Shown piece after piece: positions 1-13,733 of a stretch of DNA of 64,000 nt (its first letter is position 1; each line of letters starts with the position of its first letter). This DNA comes from the human T2T-CHM13v2.0 reference genome, Homo sapiens, in NCBI RefSeq assembly GCF_009914755.1, contig NC_060936.1. The stretch is one strand, 5' to 3'. The position numbers and the translations under genes were made by a program. Under the pieces are notes generated by a model. That model saw only the letters and a list, made by a program, of their open reading frames with translations. It ran no database searches and was not told the origin of the DNA.

Positions 1-800
1 TCTACCATTATTTCTTCAAATAAGCTATCTCCTTTTCTCTCTTTCTTTGTGTCTCTTCATCTTGCTCTCTTTGTTTTGCTCCTCTGAGACTCTGAAAATA
101 TGTATGTTAGTCTGCTTGATAGTGCACCACAGCCCCCCTTATACTTTGTTTACTTTTATTCATTATTTTTTCTTACTGCTCCTGGGATTGGGCACTTTCA
201 ATTGCCCTATCTTTAAGTTCACTTGTTCTTCTGCCTGCTCCAATTTGCTGTTGAAACCATCTAGTGAAATTTTCACTTCAGCCATTGTATTTTTTAAGTA
301 TCAAAAATTTTGTTTGGCTACTTTTTGTAATTTCTACCTCTTTGTTCGTAGTCCCTGCTTGTTTATACATCATTCTCCTGATTTTCTGTAGTTCTTTGTT
401 CCTGGTTCACTCAGTTTTTTGATTACATTTAAGAGAGTTAATTTGAAGTCTTTGTCTAGTATACCCAATGTCTGGGCTTCCTTAGGGATAGTTTCTGTCA
501 ACTTCTTTCACTTTTGAGTGAATGGGCCAAACTTTCCAGTTTGTTTGTATGCTTTACAATATTAAATTGAGAACTGGACATTTTCACTATTGTAACATGC
601 AACTCTGGAAATCAAATTCACCTCCTCCTTGGGGATTGCTGTTATTGCTTGGTGAGGGATGGATGCTGTTGTTATTTGTTTAGAAAATTTTGCCTGCATT
701 TTTTCCTGAACTATATTCCTTGTGATGTGTAGTCATTGAGTTCTCTGTTCCATTTTCTTGTGATCAGCCATTATTCTGATAGAAATTTCCTTAAATTCCT
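1..800 (-). mobile_element. Old L1M fragment (ORF1/5' region), runs off the window start
   Basis: T-rich antisense L1 ORF1-like sequence (e.g. 'ctgttgaaaccatctagtgaaattttcacttcag', 'aagtctttgtctagt'). Boundaries approximate. Confidence 0.7.
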
Positions 801-865
801 AGATTCAGTAGGAAAAGAAAAAAGAAAAAGAAAAACCCTGAGTAATTTCTCGTTAAATTATTTTG

Positions 866-2866
866 GGAAGAGGGAATTCAGGATGGCTAACTAGAGGCAT
901 CCAGCACTTACCTCGTCCACAAGGAATAACCAAAATAGCAAGCAGATAATCACACTTCCAAGAAAGCATCTAAGAGAGAACACTGGAATTCAACAGAGAA
1001 ATTACAGGAAACACCCAAGGCATGGACGGAGAAGGAAGCAAAGTAGCCCAGCTCAGCCTTTGATCAGCTGGGATCCCAGAGTCACTCACCAGTGTGGGGA
1101 ATGGATAAATGAGAGATACCCAGTGGTCTACATTTCCACCATGGACTCCTGCAACCCTAGCCATTGGAGAGCTCCTCAAGCATTGCTGACCTTGGGACTA
1201 GCAGAGAGAGCTGCATAGATATCACATAATAACATTGCTCCAGAGAGGGAGTTCACACTGTGCTCCAGACCATCTTCTGAGTCCTAGCAGCTGCAGCACA
1301 ATGCCACTTTGAGAGCCTAGTCCCCACTTGCCTGCATTCTGCCTTGGGGCCCAGCAGCCCCTGCATCTACACATCCTTGAAGCCACACTGACATCCTCCT
1401 TTGTCTACCTGGAGGTCTGCAGCAGTGTAACACTGGTTGGACTCAGGGGAGCAGTAGGGTTCCCAGCACTCTAGCACACATAATGTATTGTGTCCTGGAA
1501 AATGCGTGGTGCAATGCATTGGGAAAGCTCTCCTTGGGACAAACATGCACTTATCAGAGCCCAAAATCCACTTGCCTGGGGCTATTGCCACTGACAGGAA
1601 CCCAGTCCTCACCAACAATAGAGCTTCAGTGCCCTTGCACATGCTCTGAGGAAAAGCTCTCTCAGCCTACAACTGCTGACACTGCTGCTGCTGGGGGCAA
1701 AGGTGTGCACAACTGGCAGCAACCCCTTTACCCCCAGCAGCAGGGATGCTGCACACTGGCACGCACACTGAGGGCTGCTCTCCCTGCAGCTACCATTGCC
1801 ACCATCAAGGCTACCATTATTGGGGGCTGAAGCATGCCCTCCCCAGAGCCTGACTGCTGCTTGCCTGTGGCTGCTGCCACTGGTAGCAACCCTGTTTCCC
1901 CAGCAGCAAGGCCATAGTGCACTTGCCTGTGCCCTGAGGTGGGGTCTCCTTGTTCACTGCAGCTGTTGCTACTGCCACCCAAGCATTCCACTGGGGAACC
2001 TCGAAATAAGACCATCTTGCCTACCACAGCCTGTGCATGTGTGCACCACTAGGGGACCCAAGGATGGGTCTATCTGGTCTGGCACTCCCCCTGTTCCTCA
2101 GTGACTAAACACAATTTCCAGGAATCTGGATATTGCTCCCGCCATCCACCATTGTTGGCATCTGTGCACTTCTCCTGGGAGCTTGAGGATGGCTCCACTT
2201 AGGCTACTGCTACCATTATAGCCGGTATCCATCTACATCTACCACCTGGAGGTCTTAGTACTGACACACTTAGCCTGTCAAAGCAATTCTAACACAAGCC
2301 TGTGCCCATTGGTTGTCCTACCACTGCTACAGCCATCACTCACATCACACATGCTGCCCAGGGGCCAAAAGACCCACCTACCTGCCCAGCTATTGTTGCC
2401 ACTACCAGCACCTGAGCAGCCACCTGGAGGCCCACGAATTGGCTTACTTGGACCCAGTAACATTGGTGCTTGTGTACGCCACCGAGAGGCCCAAGGACAG
2501 GCATGCTTAGCATGCTGCCACCACCACTTGGACTCAAGGACAAGTTCACCTGGAGTCCTTATGCCAACAAAACTGCACTACGGACTACACTGACAACCAT
2601 AGCCTGTGCCACTGAGGAAGTCACAGACACTACTGATGCTGTCTAGAGCCAAAGAAATCATACAACGACCAAACTACTGCGTATACTCAGAATCAAAGCT
2701 AAAGTGTCCTACCCAACCAAAACCATAGATACATCTTCAAAAAAACATCATTCCCTAAAAAAGCAAATTCAAAAAATCAGAAGAAGCAACTGTTACACTG
2801 GATGGCAGATACTAACATAAGAGCACAAGAAATATGAAAAAGCAAGGGCATATGACACTCCCAAGG
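866..2866 (+). mobile_element. L1PB/L1MA-type 5'UTR plus first codons of ORF1, 3'-truncated
   Basis: Starts 'gaattcaggatggctaactagaggcatcc', typical of old L1 5' ends. GC-rich UTR ending in the ORF1 start-like 'atgaaaaagcaagggcatatgacactcccaagg' (MKKQGHMTLP). Confidence 0.75.
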
Positions 2867-3635
2867 CAGAACGTTGGATACCCTTTGCAACTTTGGGCTT
2901 GTGTCTCATCCATGATAGATGGTAGCTGATGTAGATGACCTGGCAGTAAAGGACCCTCTTCCCTATACTCAGCATGTTGAGTAGAGCAGCAAGTACTAGA
3001 AACAATTCATCATGTTGTCTCTTGTGGGAACCAAGGAACTGTTCATGGCCAGAGGTGGTGAGCCTGGCAGACTTTAGCCACCCGACTTGCCTCAAGCTCT
3101 ATCTGGTTACCCCAAATATTGAAGAGACTAATTATGACCAATATAATCCATTGTTAGACTGCCAGAGAGCTCAGAATACTCTTTGTGAGCCTCTGAGTTT
3201 GTCTATAAATGCTATAAAGGTTTTGTTTTGTTTTGTTTTAAAGCTAAACATTATATGAGTATATATGATCTCACCTCATGGATAAGTAACCCAAAAGCCT
3301 GTAAAGAGCAGATTTTGGATCCAGATTTGTTTGACTTTAAAACCCTCATTTGTCACCTCTTTCTTGTGTTGCCTCTATTTTTATGAGAAGAGGTATCAAG
3401 TGATCAAGCAGGACTTCTTTGAGGAGTAGTATAGGGTTCATGCTGAGTTTTGAAGGCCTAGCAGAATTCGGAGAAGCAGAGAACAGGGGAGCGTGCATCT
3501 CATGTAAGGAAAACAGCAGATGTTTCCATAGACACTGAAATGGTTTTCTAAAAACAAATTTGGGGAGAACAGTGAAGATTGTGTGTAATCGTTCTCCATT
3601 TGAGTGGTTGTCTTTAGCTGATGTCTTATGACTTT

Positions 3636-5053
3636 TTTAAAAGTATGATTTTAAATTTTTGTGGGTACATAGTAGGTGTATATATTTATGGGATACATGA
3701 AATGTTTAGATACAGGCATGCAATGTGTAATAATCACATGATGGAAAATGAGGTATCTATCACCTCAAGCATTTATCCTTTGTGTTACAGGCAATCTAAT
3801 TATAGTCTTTTAGTTATTTTAAAATGTACAATTAAATTATTATTGACTGTAGTCATCCTATTGTGCTATCAAACACTAGGGCATATTAATTCATTCTATT
3901 TTTGTACCCCATAACCATCCCCACCTTCCCAGCCTCTGGTAACCATCACTCTACTCTCTATCTCCATGGGTTCAACTGCTTTGATTTTCAGATCACACAA
4001 ATAAGTGAGAACATGTGATGTTTGTCTTTCTGTGCCTGGCTTATTTCACTTAACAGTTGCATCCAAGTTGCAGATGACTTAATCTCATTCTTTTTTATGC
4101 CTAAATAGTACTCCATTGTGTATAAGTATCACATTTTCTTTATCCATTCATCTGTTGATGGCCAATTAGATTGCTTCCAAATCTTGGCTATGGTGAACAC
4201 AGCCACAACAAACATGAGAATGCAGATATCCTTTTGATATACTGATTTCTTTCTTTTGGGTATGTAACTAGCAATGAAATTGCCGGATCATATGGTAGCT
4301 CTATTTTTAACTTTTAGTTTTTGAAGAACCCCCAAACTGTTCTCCATAGTGATTGCACTAATTTTCATTTCCACCAACAGTGTATGAGGATTCCTTTTTC
4401 TGCACTTCCTTGTCAGCATTTGTTATTGCCTGTCTTTTGCATAAAACCCATTATAACTAAGGTGAGATGATATCTCATTGTAGTTTTGATTTGCATTTCT
4501 CTGATGATCAGTGATGTTGAGCACCTCTTCCTATGTCTGTTTGCCATTTGTATGTCTACTTTTGAGAAATATCTATACAAATCTTTTGTCCATTTTTTAA
4601 TTGGATTATTAGAATTTTTCCTATAGAGTTGTCTGAGCTCCTGATATATTCTGGTTATTAATCTTTTGTCAGATGGGTGGTTTGGAAATATTTTCTCCCA
4701 TTCTGTGGGTTATCTCTTCACTTTGTGGATTATTTCCTTTGCTGTGCAGAAGCTTTTTATGCCATCCAATTTGTCCATTTTTGCTTTGGTTGCCTGTGGT
4801 TGTGGCATATTACTCAAGAAATCTTTGTCCAGACCAATGGCCTGGAGATTTTTCCCAATGTTTTCTTGTAGTAGTTTTATAGTTTGAGGTCTAAGATTTA
4901 ATTCTTTAATCCATTTTGGTCGATTTTTGTATATGGTGAGAGATAAAAGTCTAGTTTCATTCTTCTGCATATGGATATCCAATTTTCCCAGTATCATTTA
5001 TTGAAGAGACTGTCTTTTCTGCAGTGTGTGTTCCTGGCACATTTCTTGAAAAT
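3636..5053 (-). mobile_element. L1MA1-3 3' end (3'UTR and ORF2 C-terminus)
   Basis: 'gggtacatagtaggtgtatatatttatggg...tacaggcatgcaatgtg' L1MA 3'UTR. ORF 4710-4997(-) gives ORF2-like '[21 protein letters not shown]...ATKAKMDK'. Confidence 0.9.
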
Positions 5054-5474
5054 CTCATCACATTTTTTTTTCTCACCAAATTGATAAATCTGTTCCTTAA
5101 AGCAGAAAGTCCAAACAATGGAAGGAAAGTGCCCTGAGCAGAGTCAGACGACTAGATTCTTGGGCTGGCTGTGTGATCTTGGGCAATTTATACAACTTCT
5201 CTATTAAGGTATACCTTTGACACTCAAATTCAGTTCATCTGCTTCTCAGAGTAATGGACACCAAACAGCCCTAAAAATCCTTTTGTGGACTGACTGCTGG
5301 GGCTATTCATTGTATTGATTATAGTACATCAGCCTTGGATGTGTAAAATAAATTAAGCCAATCAGGGCTACAAATGACAGAAGTATAATTTTCTAAAAGT
5401 TATTCCATTATTTCAAAATCCTTACAAATAATCCTCCTCTTTTAAGTAGTTCATTAATTATTAAAAATAATGTT

Positions 5475-5842
<368 letters not shown>

Positions 5843-7349
5843 TCATTCAGGATATAAAATTTTATCTCAGAATTCTCTTGATGTGTACTTTTATGTAGTC
5901 TCCTAAGTGGGCTCCTCCTTACCAAGAATAGAGGCTTCTCGGATGGGGCAGTTTGAATAAATGACCGCTCTGAGAGTGTCTCCTTTTTTTGTTGTTTTTG
6001 CCCTCTGTCTCTAAAGATGGCAACTCTGACTGGCCAAAGAGGCTTTATTAGCAATAGGTTAAGGTACTGCAGTGAAAAGGCATGTAATTGCTGGAAGGCC
6101 TAAGCTTTGGGAAAGTTTCTGGCCACAGGAGGAAGTTCTGCTCCTTTTATTGCCTGTTTTAGGAGAATTGTTATGATCAGTGCAATGAATAGTTTTGGTT
6201 GTAGTAGAAAGCCAGGAAAAGTGTGTTCTAAATTAGAATCAGATGACTAAGGGTGAGTGAGTACACATTTTTAACCCACTTTCTTCATTGAGATGGAGCA
6301 GATTATACATATGTGTTTTGGGAAATCAAAATAATTTTTAGAAATTGATCAAACCTCAGTATTTAAACAAGATCACATGACAGTTGTTGCTTAGAGAGCA
6401 AGAATGTAGCTAATTCTTGATTCCCTCAGAAATGAGTAGCTGCCTTTCTGGTTTCTGTGGATTATTCCTGCTATTGAATTCTCCCTGCCATCTCCTTATA
6501 CTTGGGCTTTTGGGCCCTTTACTTGCTTATAACCTCCTCTACCAAAAAGGACTGGCAGCCAGGGCTGGGGAAAGGCAGGACAACAACCCCCAGTTAGAGA
6601 TTTGGTTTCTAATGTTCAGTTCTGGCAAAAGTTCTGTGGTAAAGGAGACAATGCTTGTAGCCATAAAATGTGGTTTGGGGGCTGTCCATGTTGTCCTTCC
6701 TTCTCCTTCCTCCTTACCACACATAATCAGGAATTGGCTGTCTAGCAACTCTCCTACGCTCTAGGAAAAAGCAGTCTGAAGGTGGGTGGGGAGGAGGAAC
6801 AGGACTGCTTTCCCCACTTTCTTGATGTAGATTCTATTCTTAAGTGTGCAGCGTTCTCTCCACTGAGCTATTATCAGAGGACCTGCAGTTTTCCTCTTCC
6901 ATAATTGCAATGCAAACAACTGCAGGGAGAACACACTGAGATTTGGAGAGCTGTTGTTGTTTCATTGTAAAATGGTAGCTGTCTTAGGAGATGGGACCAC
7001 AGTTTCCTGTACTAGCTTGTGGCTGAACTTTGGCTCCTTAGTTGTGAGTTATCACTTTATCTCTAACCAGAGGTGTTTTTCTATTCTCATTTTTGCCTAT
7101 GAGAACTTCTTTTTTTAAAAATAGAAATTCATCTTCATGTCTATGGGTACATTTAAGTGACTTAGGGGTTTGTGAGTAGATTGGTCATTGAGTCACAACT
7201 TTGCAGATTGTCTTTAAATATAGTGATAATGTTGATGATGACAACCATAATGATAAAGGTAAATTAAATCTACAATCCAAGCTAACCTCTTTGGAGCCTC
7301 CCATTCACTGGAAGTTATTGAGCCTGAGCGGGAAGAGCATTGTTGGAGA

Positions 7350-8010
7350 GACTGTAGTGTATGGGGCCAGACAGCCTGCTTTGGCCACTAGCCATCTCTA
7401 TGGCCTTGGACAAGTTATTTAACCTTACTAAACATCAATATTCTGGTTTGATAAATAGAGATAATAATAGTGAGGATATTTACAGTGGACATTTGCCATT
7501 CTTTTTGGTTGTCCAGTGTGTGGAGTCTCCCTCCTGTGACTCAGGAATGCGTTCACTATATAATGTCAGCTACTTGCTCTCCCAGCCTCCCTTGTAATTA
7601 TGGTGTGGGCACCTGCCCCAGAGCTGCAGTTAACAAATGACTTCTCACAGTGGATGGTGGTAGAAGAACCAAGTTCAGGAGCAGCAGTGGTGGCAGGGAT
7701 GGTAGTCCCAGTGGTTAGCACTACAGGATGCACTAGCCAATTCCCAGAGTAGCAGTGGTCACCTCACCAAAATGGTTCAATTGTGTGATTTTTAAGCGGT
7801 ACTCCAGCCTGTAGAGCCTCAAAAGGGTTCTCCAGCCCTTCCATAATCCTATAAGCTGCCTGATATCCTCCTTAAATCAGCCCAAATTGGTTTCTATAGC
7901 TTGCACTGTAAGTCCCAATTGGTACAGTATCTCAGTGAGGTGAATATTAAATGAGATAATACAAGGAAAGTGTTTGGCACGGGGGCATAACACCTAGTAG
8001 ATGCTCAAGG
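7350..8010 (+). mobile_element. MIR split by an LTR insertion
   Basis: MIR core 'ggccttggacaagttatttaacct' before 7480 and 'attaaatgagataat...aaagtgtttggcac' after 7927. Confidence 0.7.
7481..7926 (+). mobile_element. Old ERVL-class solo LTR (LTR33-like)
   Basis: Begins 'tacagtggacatttgcc' and ends 'ggtttctatagcttgc...ggtaca'. Degenerate 5-bp TSD atatt/gtatc. Interrupts a MIR. Confidence 0.6.
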
Positions 8011-8909
8011 AATACTATGTTAATAATAGTAATAGTATTAATAGTAAGAGCAACCAGAGATTAGACTGAAAAGAGACCTAAGGTGTTGTCAGCTTTGTAG
8101 GAAGAGAGTTTAAAGGTTAACTGCTGGATGGAATCTATCAATGTAATTTTGGTTATCATAGAATTAACTAGACTTAGCCCAGCTTCCTTTTTTATTGATA
8201 AAGAAGGTTCAGGGGCATTGGGTAAATTACTCAGTGCCAATAGCTAGTGAATGACAAAGCCAAGCTGGAGGCTTTTGTACTGTCTGTTCTCTACTCCACT
8301 GCTCCATGCTATTTAAATTTAAAAACTTAACAAACACATGTGTATGCATGGATTAAGATCTGTGAGGAACTAAGAAAGAACTATGGTTGGTACCTGGAAT
8401 TGTTCAACGCCATCTCTCCTGATCATCATTGAACCTGGTGAAGCAGAACACGCACATGCCCAATTAGAGAACAGAGTGAAAAAGCACAGTGCGTGCTGGG
8501 CCCTGTGGCTAAAAACCACAGACAGGACAGTCACTATGGCTAAAGTCAGGGAAGATCTCATGGGAAGGTGAGAATTGAAGCTGATGTGTGAAGTGACTTT
8601 TACCACCTAAATAAGGTGAGGTTTATTTTTTTTTTTTAAAAAGTGTTAGGGCAAAGCCAAAGTTAGACATTTACTGTGGGTTTACTTGTTTGTTTTTGAG
8701 AGGGCATCAGGGTAGAACTTTTAAAAATACCATGGAAATTATAGGATATAAATTATAATGTGTAAATTTTAAAAAGTCTTAAAATCTCTGCTGAAAACAG
8801 AGGGCTGTTTTGTTGGTTCTTAACCATCTTTGGAAATTTAAGCCATACTCAACATGTTTAAAAGATTAATAAAAATATATTTATGGCATTTTTATATCAT
8901 TTGGTGGCA

Positions 8910-9261
<352 letters not shown>

Positions 9262-9884
9262 TGATCTTTGATCACAGAGACAACAATGAGAGTTGGGTAG
9301 AAATGTTTTAAATTTAAAGAGGGGAAAACTGAAGCTCGGAAGGCCTAAATGGCGTGTTTACATCATAAAGTTGGTTTATTTAACAAAATTAAGTTCAGAT
9401 TTCTTGACTTTGGGTCTAAAATTCTATTTGCTAAGAAACAAAAAGTCCTTGTGTCAAAAAGCAACTTTAGAAACATTGCATATTTTCATAATAGCCTCCA
9501 ACTTTAGTTTGCTTGGATATGCTTCTCTCAGTATCTGAAAGCTGCTTTACCAGTGAATATAAAGGAATTTCTACACCATTGCCAATTCCAGATTGTCTAA
9601 ATTGTGTTCGTAAACTGCATCTATTGGGTTTCTGATTGCTGAGGACTCCAGGCTGTAGCGACGTCATGAACCGATCTTACAGGACTCAAGATGCTTGCAG
9701 ATCCTGACAGTTCCTTCTGGAATAGACTGCCAAAGGTAGTCGAAGATTTTTGTTTTGTTGTTTTTTTTTTTTTTAAAGCTAGATAATCCCACATTTAGAA
9801 TTTTTCTCAAGGGAGAACGTCGATGTATTCCAGTCTGTCAAAAGGTAAAGAAAGTTATTTTCTTCTTACTAGCTAAAGAAGATA

Positions 9885-10018
9885 ATGAAAAGAGGAATCT
9901 GAAATTTGAAATCTCCAATCCATAGGTAGATGAAAAGAGGAATCTGAAATTTGAATCTCCAATCCATAGGTAGATGAAAAGAGGAATCTGAAATTTGAAA
10001 TCTCCAATCCATAGGTAG
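9885..10018. repeat. Minisatellite, 3 x 45 bp (atgaaaagaggaatctgaaatttgaaatctccaatccataggtag)
   Basis: Copies at 9885, 9930 (44 bp, one A missing) and 9974, otherwise identical. Confidence 0.97.
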
Positions 10019-10074
10019 AAAGTGCCAAAAATCACACTTCTGGGTTGTTTTGATTTATTTGTCCTAAGAAATTA

Positions 10075-10148
10075 TCCTTCCTCCCCTCCCCTCCCCTTTC
10101 CTTCCTTCCTTCCTTCCTTCCTTCCTTCCTTCCATCTTCCTCCTTTTC
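10075..10148. repeat. Polypyrimidine (CCTT)n/(CT)n tract
   Basis: Direct reading. Confidence 0.9.
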
Positions 10149-10199
10149 TTTCTTTCTCTCTCTCTTTCACAAATAAGACTCTCCTTAGCTGGAAACTAT

Positions 10200-11000
10200 A
10201 TCCTGCTATGAAATTGTGTGTTCATCCAGTTTTCATTTTACTTGAATTTTCAGCAGCATTGAACACTATAGCCCCACTTCCGTAATCTACACCTTTTTGA
10301 AACACTATTTTCTTCTGGCTTTCAGCCTCTACTGGTCTTTCAACTAAATTTTCTCTCTGTTCTTCCTTAATTCCCTTTCAGACTCATGCTACTCTATATG
10401 ACCATTAAATATCAGAATTCCCAAAAACCCATTCCTGGGCCCTGTCCTCTTCTTGCTCTATACTTCTTCCTCAGGCAAACTCTATGATCAGGATTGAATT
10501 CCTGCCCACATGGCCATGACTTGGAAATGTGTATCTCCAGTCCATGTCTTTCCTTTGAATACCAGGTCAAGCATGTCCTCATGTATCCACTTGGTCATCT
10601 CAAAAACATCTTAAATTCAACATGAACAAAACAAATTCACCATGTTCCCTCTACTAACCCTGACCAACACTCACTATTCCCAAATCTCAGTGAACATAAC
10701 GGCATCCTGCAGTTGTGGCAACTTGGGCATCATTCTCTCTCAAATCCTGTATCCAATCCATCAGCAGCTGTGATATTTCCCATATTTCCCATCCACTTCT
10801 CTCCATTTGTGCTGTCACCACTGGTCCTGACTTCCATCGCTTTTCACCTGGATGGTTGCTGGAGCCTCCTCACAGCTCTGCCTACATCTTTTCAGCATTC
10901 TTCCACCATCACAGATAAACAGTGTAGTTCAAGTTGTGATGATATTGACATAAACAGCCTCCAATATACTAAATCCAGGCACCTAGTAAATATTTGTTGG
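10200..11000 (+). mobile_element. L2 fragment (RT region to 3' part)
   Basis: Translation 'VFILLEFSAALNTI' resembles the L2/CR1 RT motif LLDLSAAFDTVDH. L2-like 'catcttaaattcaacatg' and 'cacctggatggttgc'. Confidence 0.7.
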
Positions 11001-11624
11001 CTGTTGTTTTTTTTCCTGTAAGGTGGGATGCTTATGGCCTGGGATCTGAAACAGGAAAAGATCATCATATGATCATTACCTCTAACTTCAGTCTCTTTCT
11101 TCCCCTCCTTCAAACCTCAGAGCAAAGGCCAGAGAAATCACGTTTTTGCAACAATATCAGGGACAAAATAAGCTGAAAGAAACAATGTTGAGAACAGGCT
11201 GAAATAATCAGTGATACATAATTTCAATCTTAGCTCAAAAGATTGGGGGAGGAGGAGAAGAACAATTATAGGAGTTTTCATCAAAAGGTACAAATACAAA
11301 GAAAGACACATACAATTATGGGTGTACTTATGCACACCAATAATACACACACACATACACACGCATACCCTGTACCCAGTGCTTTATCCATGCTGGTACA
11401 TAGTAAATGAATGTTGAACAAATGAATGAAACAAAGCCAGCTCCTTATCAGGTTTGGATAAAATATTGGCTGCTTGTTTTTGTAGGTCACCAGAAAATGA
11501 ACCGAAAACAAAATAAATTTACTAGTTAAGATGCATTCTTAAATAATTCTTTTTCAAAATTATTCTAAAAAATATTTATCCCCCAAAGTTCTTAGAGCTG
11601 AATAAGACTACATGTCTTTAATTC

Positions 11625-11932
11625 TTTTTTTTTTTTTTTTGAGATGGAGTCTTGCTCTGTCGTCACCCAGGCCGGAGTGCAGTGGCTCAGTGGCTAGATC
11701 TCAGCTCACTGCAAGATCCACCTCCTGGGTTCACGCCATTCTCCTGCCTCAGCCTCCCGAGTAGCTGGGACTACAGGTGCCTGCAACCATGCCTGGCTAA
11801 TTTTTTGTATTTTTAGTAGAGACGGGGTTTCACCGTGTTAGCCAGGATGGTCTCAATCTCCTGACCTCGTGATCCACCCACCTTGGCCTCCCAACGTGCT
11901 GGAATTACAGGCGTGAGCCACCACGCCTGGCC
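11625..11932 (-). mobile_element. AluY
   Basis: 'ttcacgccattctcc' and 'caccgtgttagccaggatggtct'. TSD cttt(a/c)attctttt. Confidence 0.93.
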
Positions 11933-12609
11933 CTTTCATTCTTTTACTTGACTCTATCCCATATTTATACCCTCTCTAATATTTCAGTTGTGATCCTCAG
12001 AGGTAAGTATCCCATTTTCCCACTTTATAGACTAGGAAACTGAGGCGTATGCAAAAGTAACTTCAGAAAAAGGTACATAATTGCACAACAGAATTTCCCT
12101 TAAAGTATGATCTTCCAATACTAGTAATGTGCCCTTGAATCAATAATTTTTTAAAAAATACACAGTAAACATTGAATTTTCTTAAGAGTTCAATTCTTCC
12201 TAAATTCATCTATAGATTCAATATATTCCAAATCAAACTGTCAGCATGCTAGTTTTTAGAAATTCAGAAGCTAATTATAAAATATATATGAAAATGCAAA
12301 TTACTGAATAAATTTAAAAAGAAGAACAAAGTTGGTGGTCTTATGTTACCCAATTTCAAGACTTTATATAGTGTTAAATAATCAAGACTGTATGGTAGTA
12401 GTGGAAGGGTAGATATATAGATGCATGGAACAGAAAAACCCAGAAATAGACTCTTATATTTATGATCAGTTGATTTTTTACAAAGATGGAAATTTGATGG
12501 GGAAAAGAAAGTTTTCAACAAGTGATGGTGGAGCAACTGGATGTTTGTAAGGAAACAATGAATCTTGATTCTTACCTCAGATACAAAATGAATGTTGTCA
12601 TTCATTCAA

Positions 12610-12959
12610 GAGATAATGAGTGTGCCAGGTGAGAGGGGGTCTTGTTGGATAATCTCCAACAAGTCTGCCCACTGGGAGGAATGCACATGGGGGTGGAACC
12701 TTGGGAAGTTTGTGCCATTTGCAGTGGGGAAGAGCCCGGCCCCTCCTCTTCCTGTGTGGAACCTGGGACTCAAGCTGCGTGTGGCAAGTACTCTAGCAGG
12801 GACTCTGGCCTTGCGAGAGTCCCTGTTTGCCCCTTTTCTTCCTTTTCACCTAATAAAACCCTGTCCTACTCATCATTCAAATTGTCTGTGAGCCTGAATT
12901 TTCATGGCCATGGGACAAAGAAGCTCATCTTTAGCTGAACTAAGGAAAGGTCCTGCAAA
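12610..12959 (+). mobile_element. MER50-like ERV1 LTR, 3' part
   Basis: 'gccatttgcagtggggaagagcccggcccctc...ctgaactaaggaaaggtcctgcaa' matches the recalled MER50 3' half. AATAAA at ~12852. Confidence 0.75.
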
Positions 12960-13223
12960 AGGATTTCCTATGTACCAGCAAAAATGGATGGTAAATGTAA
13001 ATTTAAGAACCAAAATGATAAAAATTCTAGAGGAAAACATAGGAGAAAATTTCTATGTTCTTGAAGAAGGCAAAGAGTTCTTAAATGCCCAAATAATGAA
13101 CCATTAAAGAAACAATGATAAAATGGACTTTGTCAAAATTAAAATCTTTTGCTCTTCAAAAGACACCTTTAGAAAAATAAAAAGGCAAGCCATGGAATTG
13201 GAGAAAATTGTTGCAATGTTACG

Positions 13224-13733
13224 TGTTAGTTATCTATTGCTCTATAAAAAATTACCCACAAAACTTAGAAACTTGAAACAACAAACAATTATTATCTCAC
13301 AGTTTCTGTGGGCCAAAATCTGGGAAATGGCAATTAAGCTGTTGGCTGGGATAAAGTCATCTAAAGACTGAATTTGGGGAAGATCCGCTTTCAGGCCCTC
13401 TTATGTGGCTACTGGTAGAAGATCCAGAAGATTACCTCAGTTTCTGGACACATGAGCCTCCCATAAGGCCTCTTGTCTGTCCTCAGGACATGGCAGCTCC
13501 CTTCTCCTTGAGTGAGTAGCTGAAGAGAGAGAAGTGAGTGAGTGCACTAAAGATGGCAGCTGCGGTCATTTTATCATCTACTCTCTGGAGCAACATCCCA
13601 TAACTCTGTGATGTTCTATTTGTTAGAAGTGAGTCCTTAAATCCAGCCCATATAAAAGGGAAGCTGAATTAAGCTCTACCTCTTGAGTGGATGAGTATCC
13701 AAGAATTTGTACACATAACTATAAAACCACCAG
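13224..13733 (-). mobile_element. MLT1F-like MaLR LTR
   Basis: 'ttagttatctattgct...aaacaacaaacaattattatctcacagtttctgtggg' and terminal 'taaaaccacca'. Confidence 0.8.

Noticed and set aside
9532-9735. Possible 204-bp exon (ttctctcag acceptor, aag/gtagtc donor)
   Set aside because: The donor is weak and all three frames contain stops. A non-coding exon cannot be supported from sequence alone.
9885-10018. Repeat array as CRISPR
   Set aside because: The units are contiguous with no spacers, and this is primate DNA.
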